Assembly: GCA_913009335.1 (NCBI GenBank)
Contig: CAJVXN010000008.1
Coordinates: 1 to 59,406 of the forward strand
Direction: 5' to 3'
Length of the DNA stretch: 59,406 bases
DNA from: an uncultured bacterium
GTDB lineage: Bacteria; Omnitrophota; Gorgyraeia; Ghiorseimicrobiales; Ghiorseimicrobiaceae
Of the stretch, positions 9,170 through 19,500 are shown one piece after another. Position numbers and translations under genes: made by a program. The number at the start of each line of letters is the position of its first letter. The first letter of the stretch is position 1. The notes beneath the pieces are model-generated. The model was given only the letters and a program-made list of their open reading frames with translations. It made no database searches and was not told the DNA's origin.

Positions 9170-9279
9170 TTCAACATAATGTTTTTCGTGCTCACATTTG
9201 GCCGCACTTCTTAAATTAAACCTAATGGCCTCTTCGGGCTGTTCAAGCAACGTTTGCGCGCGAAAAACCTTATGTTGAA
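9170..9279. repeat. Long imperfect inverted repeat (MITE-like)
   Basis: ttcaacataa-t-gtttttcgtgc pairs with gcgcgaaaaac-c-ttatgttgaa. Confidence 0.65.
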
Positions 9280-9341
9280 TTTATAGCGTTAAACATTCAA
9301 AAAATTCATGAAATAACCTAACTAGGGAGGTTTTTAACGGG

Positions 9342-10334
9342 GTGAAAGCTATAGTTTTATTTTCAGGGGGCCTGGATAGTTTATTGGCCATGCGGATGAT
9401 TAAGGATTCCGGGGTTAGCCTATTTGCCGTAAATTTTGTAAGTCCGTTTTGCCAGTGCAATAGGAAAGATGGCTGCTCTGCGATAGTGCATCTTAAAAAA
9501 ACAGGTATTGATTATCGGGTAGTATCAATAAAACAGGAATATTTAGATATTGTAATAAGCCCTAAGTTCGGAAGAGGGAGTAATATGAATCCCTGCATTG
9601 ATTGCCGTATCCTTATGTTTAAGAAGGCTAAAGAGATTATGCAGGAGATAGATGCCTCCTTTATTATAACCGGAGAGGTTTTGGGCCAGCGTCCAATGTC
9701 TCAGCATAGAAGACAGCTTAAATTAATCGAAAAAGAAACCAATCTTTCCGGGTTTATTCTTCGTCCTCTTTCGGCGAAATTATTACCTGAGACCGTCCCT
9801 GAGAAAAAAGGCTGGGTAAAGAAAGAAATATTACTTAATCTTTCAGGTAGAACGAGATCTCCTCAGATAAAAATGGCAGAAGATTTTAACATTAATGATT
9901 ATCCTTGTCCTTCCGGAGGGTGCCTGCTTACGGATCCGGCATTTTCCAGGCGCGTAAAAGATTTAATGAAGCATTTTAAGTTTAATCTTAGCGAAGTGGA
10001 GTTTTTAAAAGCAGGCAGACATTTTAGAATGACGGATGAACTTAAGTTGATCGTAGGGCGTAATGAAAAAGAGAATGAGTATTTATTAGATTTAGCAAAT
10101 GGTAGTGACGTGTGTTTTGCGCCGAAAGATGTAGCCGGGCCTATCGCTGTCGCAAGAGGGTTAAATGGGGATAAATCACAAGAGAAGATTTGCGCTTCCA
10201 TTGTATCGCGTTATTCTGATGGCAATGGTAATGATAGATTAGCTATTGAGCGCTGGAGGGCAGGGGATACGGAAAAGGGAGTCTTAAACGAGTGCCCCAT
10301 GACAGGGACCGAGCTAGAAAAAATTCTAATTTAA
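9342..10334 (+). CDS. ThiI/MnmA-like PP-loop tRNA sulfurtransferase (DUF814-associated type)
   Basis: Motifs SGGLDS, NPCIDCRI, TGEVLGQRPMSQ and YPCPSGGCLLTD. Confidence 0.85.
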   Translation: MKAIVLFSGGLDSLLAMRMIKDSGVSLFAVNFVSPFCQCNRKDGCSAIVHLKKTGIDYRVVSIKQEYLDIVISPKFGRGSNMNPCIDCRILMFKKAKEIMQEIDASFIITGEVLGQRPMSQHRRQLKLIEKETNLSGFILRPLSAKLLPETVPEKKGWVKKEILLNLSGRTRSPQIKMAEDFNINDYPCPSGGCLLTDPAFSRRVKDLMKHFKFNLSEVEFLKAGRHFRMTDELKLIVGRNEKENEYLLDLANGSDVCFAPKDVAGPIAVARGLNGDKSQEKICASIVSRYSDGNGNDRLAIERWRAGDTEKGVLNECPMTGTELEKILI

Positions 10335-10337
10335 TGT

Positions 10338-10380
10338 TTGACAGAAAAAAAATTTAGTATATAATTGATATTGAATTTCA
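10338..10380 (+). promoter_or_regulatory. Sigma70 promoter with adjacent Fur box
   Basis: TTGACA (10338), 16-bp spacer, TATAAT (10360). TGATATT-G-AATTTCA at 10366-10380 resembles the 7-1-7 Fur consensus. Confidence 0.7.
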
Positions 10381-10407
10381 TTTGCAGATAATAAACTTAG
10401 GTTAATT

Positions 10408-10842
10408 ATGGAAATGGCAAAACAGATATTTACGTTTTATTTAAGAGATGAGGGTATTAGATACAGCCAGCAGAGGGAGTGTATTCTGGATGTTTTTCTT
10501 AGTACGGAAAAACATTTAACCGTAATTGATCTTTATCATCTTGTACAGAAAAAGCATTCCGGTATTGGGTATGCCACAGTGTATCGCGCGATAAAAATAA
10601 TAAGCCAAGCGGGCCTAGCCCGCGAAGTTGATTTTGGTGACGGAATGTTAAGATTCGAGCATAAATATAAGCATGAGCATCATGGTCATATGATTTGTAC
10701 AAAATGCGGTAAGTTTATTGAGGTGGTTGATCCGCAGATAGAGGAGCTGCAGGAAAAGCTCGCCCGGAAATATAAATTTACTCCCCAAAGGCATAAAATG
10801 CAGATTTATGGAACTTGCGAGAAGTGTAAAACCAAAGTGTAA
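10408..10842 (+). CDS. fur: Fur-family transcriptional repressor
   Basis: Motifs IGYATVYR, HEHHGHMICTKCG and IYGTCEKC. Confidence 0.93.
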   Translation: MEMAKQIFTFYLRDEGIRYSQQRECILDVFLSTEKHLTVIDLYHLVQKKHSGIGYATVYRAIKIISQAGLAREVDFGDGMLRFEHKYKHEHHGHMICTKCGKFIEVVDPQIEELQEKLARKYKFTPQRHKMQIYGTCEKCKTKV

Positions 10843-10847
10843 AAGCC

Positions 10848-12818
10848 ATGAGCAATATTACCAAAATAGACTTTAAAGATAAAAAGCCGTTAATTTTAGT
10901 AGGTAGTCCTAATGTAGGAAAATCTGTTATATTTTCCCTTCTTACCAGTCAATACGTAACTGTTTCGAATTACCCGGGGACGACGGTTGAGGTATCTAAG
11001 GCAGTTTCCAGCTTTTTCCATCATGAATACCTGGTTTTAGATACTCCCGGTATAAATAGTCTCATCCCTTATTCGGAAGACGAAAAGGTTACCCGGGATA
11101 TTCTATTTCAATACCAAAATAAAACAGTTGTCCATGTATTCGATACCAAAAATTTTACGAATAATCTAATGTTAACTCTTCAACTTGTTGAGATGGGGAT
11201 ACCTCTGGTTTTAGATTTAAACATGTATGATGAGGCGGCGAATCGCGGTATAAAAATAGATACAGAAACTTTATCTAAAGAATTGGATATTGGAACTGTT
11301 GCGACAGTTGCAGTTGAAAGAAGGGGTTTAAATAAATTACTTGATGAGATTCCGAAAGCAAGGGTATCGGGTTTTAGAATAGATTATGGTAAAGAAATAG
11401 AGGCAGCACTTAAAGAGATTTCTGCTTTATTTTCTGTAAGGGGCATTTCAAATAGGTTTAGCGCGCTGCTATTATTGGCTGGTGATATAACCTTTAAGCA
11501 TTATCTTATTCAGGAAGAAGTAGGAGAAGATATTCTTAAGAGAATAGAAGAAATTGTGCATAATACGCAAAGATATTTTGTGCGCCCTTTAAAATCAGTT
11601 ATTATTGAAAAAAAACACAGGAAAGCTTTTGAAATATTTAAAAAGGTAGCTAGTAGCACTAAGGTAGTTTCATCGCGCATACGTGATAAGGTTTCTAAAT
11701 TAATGGTTTCTCCTGTCTTTGGATTACCTTTTGCAGGATTGGTCATGTACTTAACTTATCTTTTCGTGGGTCAATTCGGCGCAGGGTTTTTGGTTGATTT
11801 AATAGAAGAGAAATTTTTTAATACATTGCTTAATCCTTTTGTTAGCGGTGTAATAGATAAGTTTCTACCATGGGCCTTCTTAAAAGATCTTTTAGTGGGT
11901 GAGTACGGTATAGTAACGATGGCTCTGACTTATTCTTTCGCGATAATACTTCCGGTTGTAGCTACATTCTTTATCGTATTCGGTATTTTAGAAGATACGG
12001 GTTATCTACCCAGGCTTGCTGCGGTGGTAAATAGAATATTTAAGCTTATCGGATTGCATGGTAAGGCTGTATTACCTTTTATGTTGGGATTAGGATGCGG
12101 CACAATGGCAGTGCTTACTACGAGAATACTTGAGACAAAAAGAGAGCGTCTTATTGCCACATTACTGCTTGCGATGGTTATACCGTGTTCGGCTCAATTA
12201 GGCGTGATTTTAGGCATGCTCGGCGCGGTATCGTTTAGGTTAATTCTGATATGGTTATTCCTTCTTTTATTTATTTTAGGCATAGTCGGATTTGCCGTTT
12301 CGAAAGTAATCCCCGGAGAAAATTCAGAGTTTATGCTGGAACTGCCTCCGGTGCGTATGCCGCAAGCGGGGAATATTCTCGCTAAGGTGGGAGCCAGGCT
12401 TTCATGGTATTTAAAAGAGGCCGTACCTTTATTTATACTGGGGACACTACTGCTATTTATTTTAGATAAAATGAATATGCTGACAGCTATAAGGGATTTT
12501 TGTTCTCCTGTAATTGTCAATTTTTTAAATCTTCCCATTGAGGCTACCGAGGCATTTATTGTTGGGTTCTTAAGAAGAGATTATGGGGCGGCCGGTTTAT
12601 ACGCTCTCCAGAAACAGGGGATGCTTACTAATCTGCAGGTTCTGGTGAGTGTTTTGGTTGTAACCTTGATGTCGCCTTGTGTGGCACAGTTTTTTGTAAT
12701 GATAAAAGAAAGGGGCGTAAAGATTGCCTGCGTAATCTTTATATCTGTTTCTGTCTTCGCGGTATTGATGGGCGGCCTGGTTAATTTTATTTTTAGATAT
12801 TTTCAGATACCGATATAA
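10848..12818 (+). CDS. feoB: Ferrous iron transporter B
   Basis: G-domain GSPNVGKS, NYPGTTVE, DTPG; membrane domain LEDTGYLPR, IPCSAQ. Confidence 0.97.
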   Translation: MSNITKIDFKDKKPLILVGSPNVGKSVIFSLLTSQYVTVSNYPGTTVEVSKAVSSFFHHEYLVLDTPGINSLIPYSEDEKVTRDILFQYQNKTVVHVFDTKNFTNNLMLTLQLVEMGIPLVLDLNMYDEAANRGIKIDTETLSKELDIGTVATVAVERRGLNKLLDEIPKARVSGFRIDYGKEIEAALKEISALFSVRGISNRFSALLLLAGDITFKHYLIQEEVGEDILKRIEEIVHNTQRYFVRPLKSVIIEKKHRKAFEIFKKVASSTKVVSSRIRDKVSKLMVSPVFGLPFAGLVMYLTYLFVGQFGAGFLVDLIEEKFFNTLLNPFVSGVIDKFLPWAFLKDLLVGEYGIVTMALTYSFAIILPVVATFFIVFGILEDTGYLPRLAAVVNRIFKLIGLHGKAVLPFMLGLGCGTMAVLTTRILETKRERLIATLLLAMVIPCSAQLGVILGMLGAVSFRLILIWLFLLLFILGIVGFAVSKVIPGENSEFMLELPPVRMPQAGNILAKVGARLSWYLKEAVPLFILGTLLLFILDKMNMLTAIRDFCSPVIVNFLNLPIEATEAFIVGFLRRDYGAAGLYALQKQGMLTNLQVLVSVLVVTLMSPCVAQFFVMIKERGVKIACVIFISVSVFAVLMGGLVNFIFRYFQIPI

Positions 12819-12855
12819 CTTTACATTTTAACGTTGTTAAAATGTAAAGTTATAT
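12813..12855. repeat. Perfect 20-bp-arm palindrome between feoB and the DtxR-like gene
   Basis: atataactttacattttaac-gtt-gttaaaatgtaaagttatat. Confidence 0.8.
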
Positions 12856-12867
12856 AGGAGGGAGTAT

Positions 12868-13539
12868 ATGGATAATAAAAAGATAGAAGAGATTTTAGAA
12901 GAGATGTGGATACAGAGAGAGAAAGGTAGTTTTAGCCTTGAAAGACTAATTTCATCAACCCAAGAAAAAATAACCCAAAATGATATTCTTGAAATTGAAA
13001 AAGCAGGCTATATTAAAAAAGGTAAAGCTTTAACCGTCGGTAGGCAAGTTAGCGTTAAATTCAGTGAAAAAGGAGAGATTTTAGCTTCGCAGGTTATCCG
13101 CGGACATAGATTGGCCGAGCGTTTAATGACGGATGTCTTGGCGATTTCTCCGCATCAGATTGAAAGCAATGCCTGTAATTTTGAGCATATAATCCACCAT
13201 GAGCTGGCTGATGCGATATGCACACTTCTGGGGCATCCTAAAGAATGCCCTCATGGCCGCAGCATCCCTTTAGGTTCATGTTGTGCTAAAGCAAACTCAA
13301 ATCTTGAAAGTGTGGTTATGCCTCTTTCAAAACTGTTCGCCGGATCCCGCAGCAAGGTGGCATACATTACTTCTACTCATTATCATCGTTTAGATAGGCT
13401 TGCTTCTTTAGGTATACTCCCCGGGGCCGAAATAATCCTTCATCAGACCAAGCCTTCTTATGTATTGCAAGTGGGTCATACCCAAATTGCACTGGATGGG
13501 GATATTTTAAAGGATATTTATGTCCGCAAGCTCGTATAA
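12868..13539 (+). CDS. DtxR/MntR-family metal-dependent regulator with C-terminal FeoA domain
   Basis: HRLAERL, ACNFEH, LGHPKECPHGRSIP; FeoA-like RLASLGILPG. Confidence 0.9.
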   Translation: MDNKKIEEILEEMWIQREKGSFSLERLISSTQEKITQNDILEIEKAGYIKKGKALTVGRQVSVKFSEKGEILASQVIRGHRLAERLMTDVLAISPHQIESNACNFEHIIHHELADAICTLLGHPKECPHGRSIPLGSCCAKANSNLESVVMPLSKLFAGSRSKVAYITSTHYHRLDRLASLGILPGAEIILHQTKPSYVLQVGHTQIALDGDILKDIYVRKLV

Positions 13540-13567
13540 AACGGTTGAGGTCTGGCCTCAACCGTTT
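13539..13567 (+). terminator. Hairpin built on REP-like family B unit (copy 1); probable terminator
   Basis: aaacggttgagg-tctgg-cctcaaccgttt directly after the stop codon. Confidence 0.65.
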
Positions 13568-13709
13568 ACTTAAGATAAAAACATTAAGATAAAAACTTGT
13601 TGCGTCAGTTTTTCTTACGGGGTAAAATAGTAGCATTGGTTATTTTTATTAAACTTTTCTTACTTACGGAATATTATGTGGACCCATTTTAGAAAAAGAA
13701 AAGATAATA

Positions 13710-13742
13710 TTGACTTCTATTAGTGATAGAAGGGTTAATGAT
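13710..13742 (+). promoter_or_regulatory. MerR-type promoter/operator upstream of the RND efflux operon
   Basis: TTGACT followed by the dyad cttctat-tagtg-atagaag and a long spacer; the -10 is ambiguous. Confidence 0.5.
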
Positions 13743-13768
13743 GTTTTAATCCTTACGGAGGACGAAGG

Positions 13769-15025
13769 ATGAAATTTAAAAAAATATTATTTATTATTGC
13801 ATTGTTAGTTACGTTAGGTTTTTCTATATGTTATGCGCAGGATTTTATAAATCTTGATGTTATTATTAAAGAAGCACTCAAGAATAATCCTAAGATAAAA
13901 GCATATGAGGCTGTCTGGGCCGCGGAAGGTGAAAAAACAAAACAAGTAACTACTTTGCCGGATCCCATATTTACGTATGGTTTTTTCGGCAAAAATATTG
14001 AAACAAGAGTCGGCCCTCAAAAAGAAAAATTTAGTATTTCCCAAAAAATTCCTTTTCCCGGAAAGCTTTCTCTGAAGGGTAAAGTCCAGCAGAAGCAGGC
14101 AGAGCAATCTCGTCAAATCTATGAAGCAGAAAAGCAAGAGTTGATTAAAGATGTGAGGATAGTTTTTTATGATTTATATTGGGTAGATAGAGCCATTGAG
14201 ATTACAGAGGAAGAAAAGAATATATTAATTAATTCGGCAAAGATATTACAACGAAAATATGAAACGAATCTAAAACCGCAAAGTGAGGTATTAAAAGTTG
14301 AAGTTGAAATAACAAACCTAATTGATAAATTATTGTTATTAAAGCAGAGGCGCCGGGCCCTTACTGCGAAGATGAACAGTCTTCTTAACCGGCCGATTAA
14401 CTCGTCACTAGCTAAAATTAAGGAAATTAAGCTGCAGGAAGTAGACCTGGATAGCAAGGCATTAAAACAGATAACTTTTGCAAATCGCCAGGAAATAAAT
14501 GTTTTACGATACGGTGTAGATAAGGCTAAATTTGGTAAAGTCTTAGCCATGTTTGATTTTCTGCCTGATTTTACTTTGGGTTTTAATTATATTAATGTTG
14601 AGGGAGGGCATACAACTCAAGCTAACGATGGGGAAGATGCCTGGGGGGCAACCTTTTCAGTTAATCTTCCTATATGGCGGACTAAACTAAACGCGGGATT
14701 TAAGGAAAAAAAGGCTAAGCTTACTGCTGCCGTTGAAAATTTAAAAAATAAACAAAATGAAGTTGAGTATGAACTCAATGATTTATATTTCAAATTGGTT
14801 ACGTATAGCGATATTGTAAGTTTATATGAAACCGCATTCATTCCTCAGACGAATCAGGCATATGAATCAACGAGAACAGCATATGAGTCCGGCAGAACAG
14901 ATTTTATTAATTGGTTGGATAGTGAGAGAATGCTTCTTAAGGTAAGGCTTGCTTATTATAAGGCAAGAGCTGATTATGCGAAAACATTTGCCTTGTTAGA
15001 GAGGGCAGTAGGAGGGAATTTTTGA
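13769..15025 (+). CDS. TolC/CusC-family outer membrane efflux protein
   Basis: Signal peptide, LPDP, SQKIPFPGKL, two OEP repeats, ends LERAVG. Confidence 0.92.
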   Translation: MKFKKILFIIALLVTLGFSICYAQDFINLDVIIKEALKNNPKIKAYEAVWAAEGEKTKQVTTLPDPIFTYGFFGKNIETRVGPQKEKFSISQKIPFPGKLSLKGKVQQKQAEQSRQIYEAEKQELIKDVRIVFYDLYWVDRAIEITEEEKNILINSAKILQRKYETNLKPQSEVLKVEVEITNLIDKLLLLKQRRRALTAKMNSLLNRPINSSLAKIKEIKLQEVDLDSKALKQITFANRQEINVLRYGVDKAKFGKVLAMFDFLPDFTLGFNYINVEGGHTTQANDGEDAWGATFSVNLPIWRTKLNAGFKEKKAKLTAAVENLKNKQNEVEYELNDLYFKLVTYSDIVSLYETAFIPQTNQAYESTRTAYESGRTDFINWLDSERMLLKVRLAYYKARADYAKTFALLERAVGGNF

Positions 15026-16500
15026 TGAAAAAGAAAGGTCTAGTAATAATTATTATTATTGCGGCTATATGCTTATTTATTGCATTAAAGATTGGTAAAA
15101 AAATTGATAGAGGCACTGTTAAACAAAAAGGGGAAGCAGGACAAGAAATAGCATATTATACCTGTGGCATGCATCCGGATGTTAAATCTGATAAGCCCGG
15201 AATGTGTCCAATATGTAATATGCCGCTAGTACCTGTTTATAAAGAAGAATCTCAACAGGCGGCAGCGGGACAGAAAAAATCGCAGATATCAAAGATAATT
15301 TATTATCGTAATCCAATGGATCCTTCGATAACTTCGCCTGTGCCAATGAAGGATTCAATGGGTATGGATTTTATACCGGTTTATTCCGCGCCTGAGGTTG
15401 AGCAGAAAGAGGAAGTATATTACGGTTGCGGGATGATTGACGGCAGCTGTCCGGGTTGTGATAAGGAAGGCGTTGACGAAGGATGTATCTGCGGAGAGCA
15501 TACGTTTACGATAAAAGGAGTAAGAGAAAATTGTCCTATTTGCGCAGCGCCGTTAAGGGAACTTTCTAAAGATGAGGCTGATAAACTTAAAGGAGTGGTT
15601 TCCCGTGTAAAAATAAAGAAAGAACAGCTTGTTTTAGCAGGTGTTGAAACTCAAGCCGTTAAAAAGCAGCATCTTTTTAAAGAAATACGTACAGTAGGAA
15701 AAGTTGCCTATGACCCTGATCTCGCTATTGCCCAGGAGGAATATCTCTCTGCTCTTAAATCGCGCAGGAAAATTGAGAATACTTTAGTTTTAGAGATAAA
15801 AGAACGCGCAGAAAGTTTATTTAAATCCGCCAAAAGGAAATTAAAACTTTTGGGGATGAGTGATGAGCAGATTAAAAAATTAGAATTAAAAGGTGAAATT
15901 CAAAGCAGCTTGATTTTACCGGAAGAAGAAATGTGGATATACGGTGATGTGTATGAATATGAATTATCCTGGGTAAAGATAGGAGAGAAAGTTTTAGTTA
16001 CGACGCAGGCCTTTCCCGGTGAAGAATTCGAGGGAGTTATAGTATCTGTTAATCCAGTCATTGATTCACGAAAACGTACCCTGCGTTTCCGCGCGCAAGT
16101 AGATAATTCCGGATTAAAATTAAAGCCGGAAATGTATGTTGATATTATGATACAAAGCATGTACAGGGACGCAAAGGGTGAGACGGAAGTTTTAGCTATA
16201 GCAAAAGAGGCGGTACTGGATACGGGTAGGCGTAGGATTGTTTGGCTGGATAAAGGCAAGGGTAATTACGAAGGCAGGATTATCCATATTGGGCCTCTGG
16301 CAACAGCAGTTATAGACGGGGAAAAAGTTGCCTTTTACCCGGTCTTAAAAGGTTTAAATCCAGGAGAGGTGGTAGTTACGAAAGCGAATTTTCTAATCGA
16401 CTCTCAGAGTCAGCTATCAGGAGTTGCTGTCTCTATCTATGGAGGAGCGTTAGGGGGGGCCGAAGAAGAATTAATTTCTCCCGTAGGATACCAGCACTAA
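15025..16500 (+). CDS. cusB: CusB-type RND periplasmic adaptor with several heavy-metal-binding motifs
   Basis: YTCGMHP...CPICNMPL and YYRNPMDP...DSMGMD; adaptor core RTLRFRAQVDN..LKPEMY and ANFLIDSQS. Confidence 0.88.
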   Translation: MKKKGLVIIIIIAAICLFIALKIGKKIDRGTVKQKGEAGQEIAYYTCGMHPDVKSDKPGMCPICNMPLVPVYKEESQQAAAGQKKSQISKIIYYRNPMDPSITSPVPMKDSMGMDFIPVYSAPEVEQKEEVYYGCGMIDGSCPGCDKEGVDEGCICGEHTFTIKGVRENCPICAAPLRELSKDEADKLKGVVSRVKIKKEQLVLAGVETQAVKKQHLFKEIRTVGKVAYDPDLAIAQEEYLSALKSRRKIENTLVLEIKERAESLFKSAKRKLKLLGMSDEQIKKLELKGEIQSSLILPEEEMWIYGDVYEYELSWVKIGEKVLVTTQAFPGEEFEGVIVSVNPVIDSRKRTLRFRAQVDNSGLKLKPEMYVDIMIQSMYRDAKGETEVLAIAKEAVLDTGRRRIVWLDKGKGNYEGRIIHIGPLATAVIDGEKVAFYPVLKGLNPGEVVVTKANFLIDSQSQLSGVAVSIYGGALGGAEEELISPVGYQH

Positions 16501-16503
16501 GTC

Positions 16504-19500
16504 ATGGTTAAAAAAATAATAGAAATTTGTCTTAAAAATCGTTTTTTAGTTATTGCTGTTTTTTCCTTGCTTATCGTTTGGGGAATTTCTTCGATGAAAG
16601 GCGTCCCTGTTGATGCCATACCTGATATAGGGGAACTTCAGATTCTAGTTTACGCGGATTGGCCTGGGAGAAGCCCGAAGGATATAGAGGATCAGGTAAT
16701 CTATCCATTGACTACCGGGCTTATGGGTGTACCAAAGGTGAAAGTAGTACGTTCAACGAGCGCCTTTGGCTTCGGCCTGGTGAATATGATTTTTCAGGAC
16801 GGTACAGATTTTTACTGGGCAAGAACACGTGTTTTAGAAAGATTAGATTTTGCGAAGCGGGATATACCCTCCGGAGCTAGTGTTACATTAGGCCCTGATG
16901 CGACTGCTTTAGGGCAGATTTTTTGGTATACAGTGGAGAATGGATTTTATTGCGCTAAACATCCGCAGATAGCTTACGCGAAATCCGGTAAATGCCCTAA
17001 AGATGAAACACCTTTAGTCGCCTCTAAGCATGACCTGTCAAAATTGCGTTCTGTCCAGGATTGGTATGTTCGGTATCAGTTAAATGCCGTGGAGGGAGTA
17101 TCTGAGGTTGCCTCGGTTGGCGGCTACGTAAAACAATACCAGATAGATGTAGACCCGAATAAATTAATAGCCTATGATATTAAGCTGCATCAATTATTAG
17201 GCGCGGTTGAGAAATCAAATATTGATGTGGGGGCCAAAGTTTTTGAAGAGGGGGCAGTAGAGTTTGTTGTGCGGGGTATAGGCTTTATAAAAACTATCTC
17301 TGATATTGAAAATATTGTGGTTGATGCTAAAGATGGGGTTCCTGTTTATGTTAAAAATCTTGCTAATGTAAGTATTGGCCCTGAATTCCGCAGGAGCGCT
17401 TTAGATAAAGAAGGTGTTGAGGTAACAGGAGGAGTAGTCCTTATGCGCTTTGGTGAAAATCCGTTAAAAGTCATTGAGCGCGTAAAAGAAAAAATAAACG
17501 AATTATCCGTAGGCCTGCCGACAGGCGTACGCATTGTGCCTTTCTATGACAGGACAGGGCTTATTTTGCGCGCCATAGATACGTTAAGAAGCGCGTTATC
17601 GCAGGAAGTTATCATTACGGTATTTGTAATAGTGGTATTTCTTTTGCATTTTGCGGGCAGTCTAATTATAGCGTGCGTTTTACCCATAGGGGTTTTAATT
17701 GCCTTTATCTTAATGAGGCAGATGGGGGTTGACGCGAATATTATGTCTCTAGGCGGTATTGCCATTGCAATAGGCGTTATGGTTGATTCGGGATGTGTTT
17801 TGGTTGAGAATGTTTACCGGAAATTATCCGAGCATCAAAAGAATACGAATTCTGTTAAGATTGAGCCAAGCGCGCGATTGGATATCTGTATTAAAGCATC
17901 ATCTGAAGTAGGCAGACCTGTTATCTTTGCGCTTTTGACTACTATCATAGGATTTTTGCCGGTCTTTGTCTTGACCGGACAGGCGGGACGTATGTTTACT
18001 CCTTTGGCATTTACCAAGACCTTTGCCATGTTCGGGGCCGCAATTATCGCTTTAACACTTCTTCCTACGCTTTGTTATTATCTTCTGCGCGGGAAATTAA
18101 AGCCTGTTGAGGAAAATAAAACAGCTAAGATTTTACATTCTAGATATAAACCAATGCTTAACTGGGGATTAAAGAATAAAAAACCTATATTTCTGATTTC
18201 CTTAGCTGTTGTTATTTTAGGGGTGTTTCTTGGCTCAATCATGAAACAAGAATTTATGCCTCCGTTAAATGAAGGAGATCTTTTGTTTATGCCGGTTCTT
18301 TTACCCGGAGCATCACTTACTCAAGTAATGGATGTGATGCAAAAACAGGATATTATTATTAAAAATGAATTTCCCGATGAAGTAGAGTGGGTCGTAGGAA
18401 AATTAGGCAGGGCGGAAACCGCGACTGATCCCGCGCCTGTAACTATGATTGAAACCATAATACATTTAAAAGATAAAAAGTTCTGGCGGCGCGGTATGAG
18501 CCGGGAAAAACTCATAAAAGAAATACAGGATAAAACCAAGATGCCGGGAGTAAGTCCGATAATGACCCAGCCAATTAGAAATAGGATTGATATGTTAGCT
18601 ACCGGTATTCAGACGCCGGTAGGGATTAAGGTATTTGGCGCGGATTTAGAAAAGACAGTTGATATTGGAATTCAGATTGAGAATATTATAAAGGGCGTTA
18701 AAGGGGCGGTGAGCCCTTTTGCTGAGCGTTCATCCGATAGGCCTTATTTTGAAATTGATATTAATAGAGAAGAAGCGGCCCGCTACGGAGTAAAGGTAGG
18801 TGACATACAACATATAATAATGACAGCCATTGGCGGGATGAATTTAACAACTACTGTTGAGGGGAGAGAGAGATATCCCGTGAGGGTAAGATATTTAAGA
18901 GAGCTACGCGATAGCCCTGAGGCGCTTGAAAGGATATTTGTTCCTACTCCAGGTGGTGAGCATATCCCTTTGGCCCAACTCGCCGAACTTAAGAAAGTTC
19001 TGGGTCCTGCGGTTATTAATTCTGAAGATACACTTACTTATGCCAGGGTGTTTGTTAACGTAAACCAAGAAAAGGTGGGTTTGGTAGATTTTGTCAAGAA
19101 CGCGCAAGAAGCAGTTAACGCTAAAATAAAAAGCGGAGAGCTAAAACTTCCATCGGGATATTTTATCAGTTGGTCGGGGCAGTTTGAATCCGAGATGGAA
19201 TCGCGCAAGAAATTAATTCCTTCTTTGATTATTGCCTTGAGTGTAATTTTAATTATTCTCTATATGGCATTTAATAATTTCAGCTCTCTTGCTATTATTG
19301 CTACCGGACTTCCCGTATCTCTCATGGGAGGGATTTTTCTTTTATTTATTTTGGGATTTAGATTTTCAACCGCTGTCTGGGTAGGATTTATTGCCCTTTT
19401 TGGAGTAGCTACGGATAATGCGGTCGTGCTTCTATCAACCCTTGATGATTTGTTCAAGAAAAAGGTTCCTAAGACAATTGATGAAATACGCGCAACGGTT

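Noticed and set aside
13676-13723. 15-aa ORF MWTHFRKRKDNIDFY before the TolC gene
   Set aside because: No RBS and overlaps the predicted promoter.
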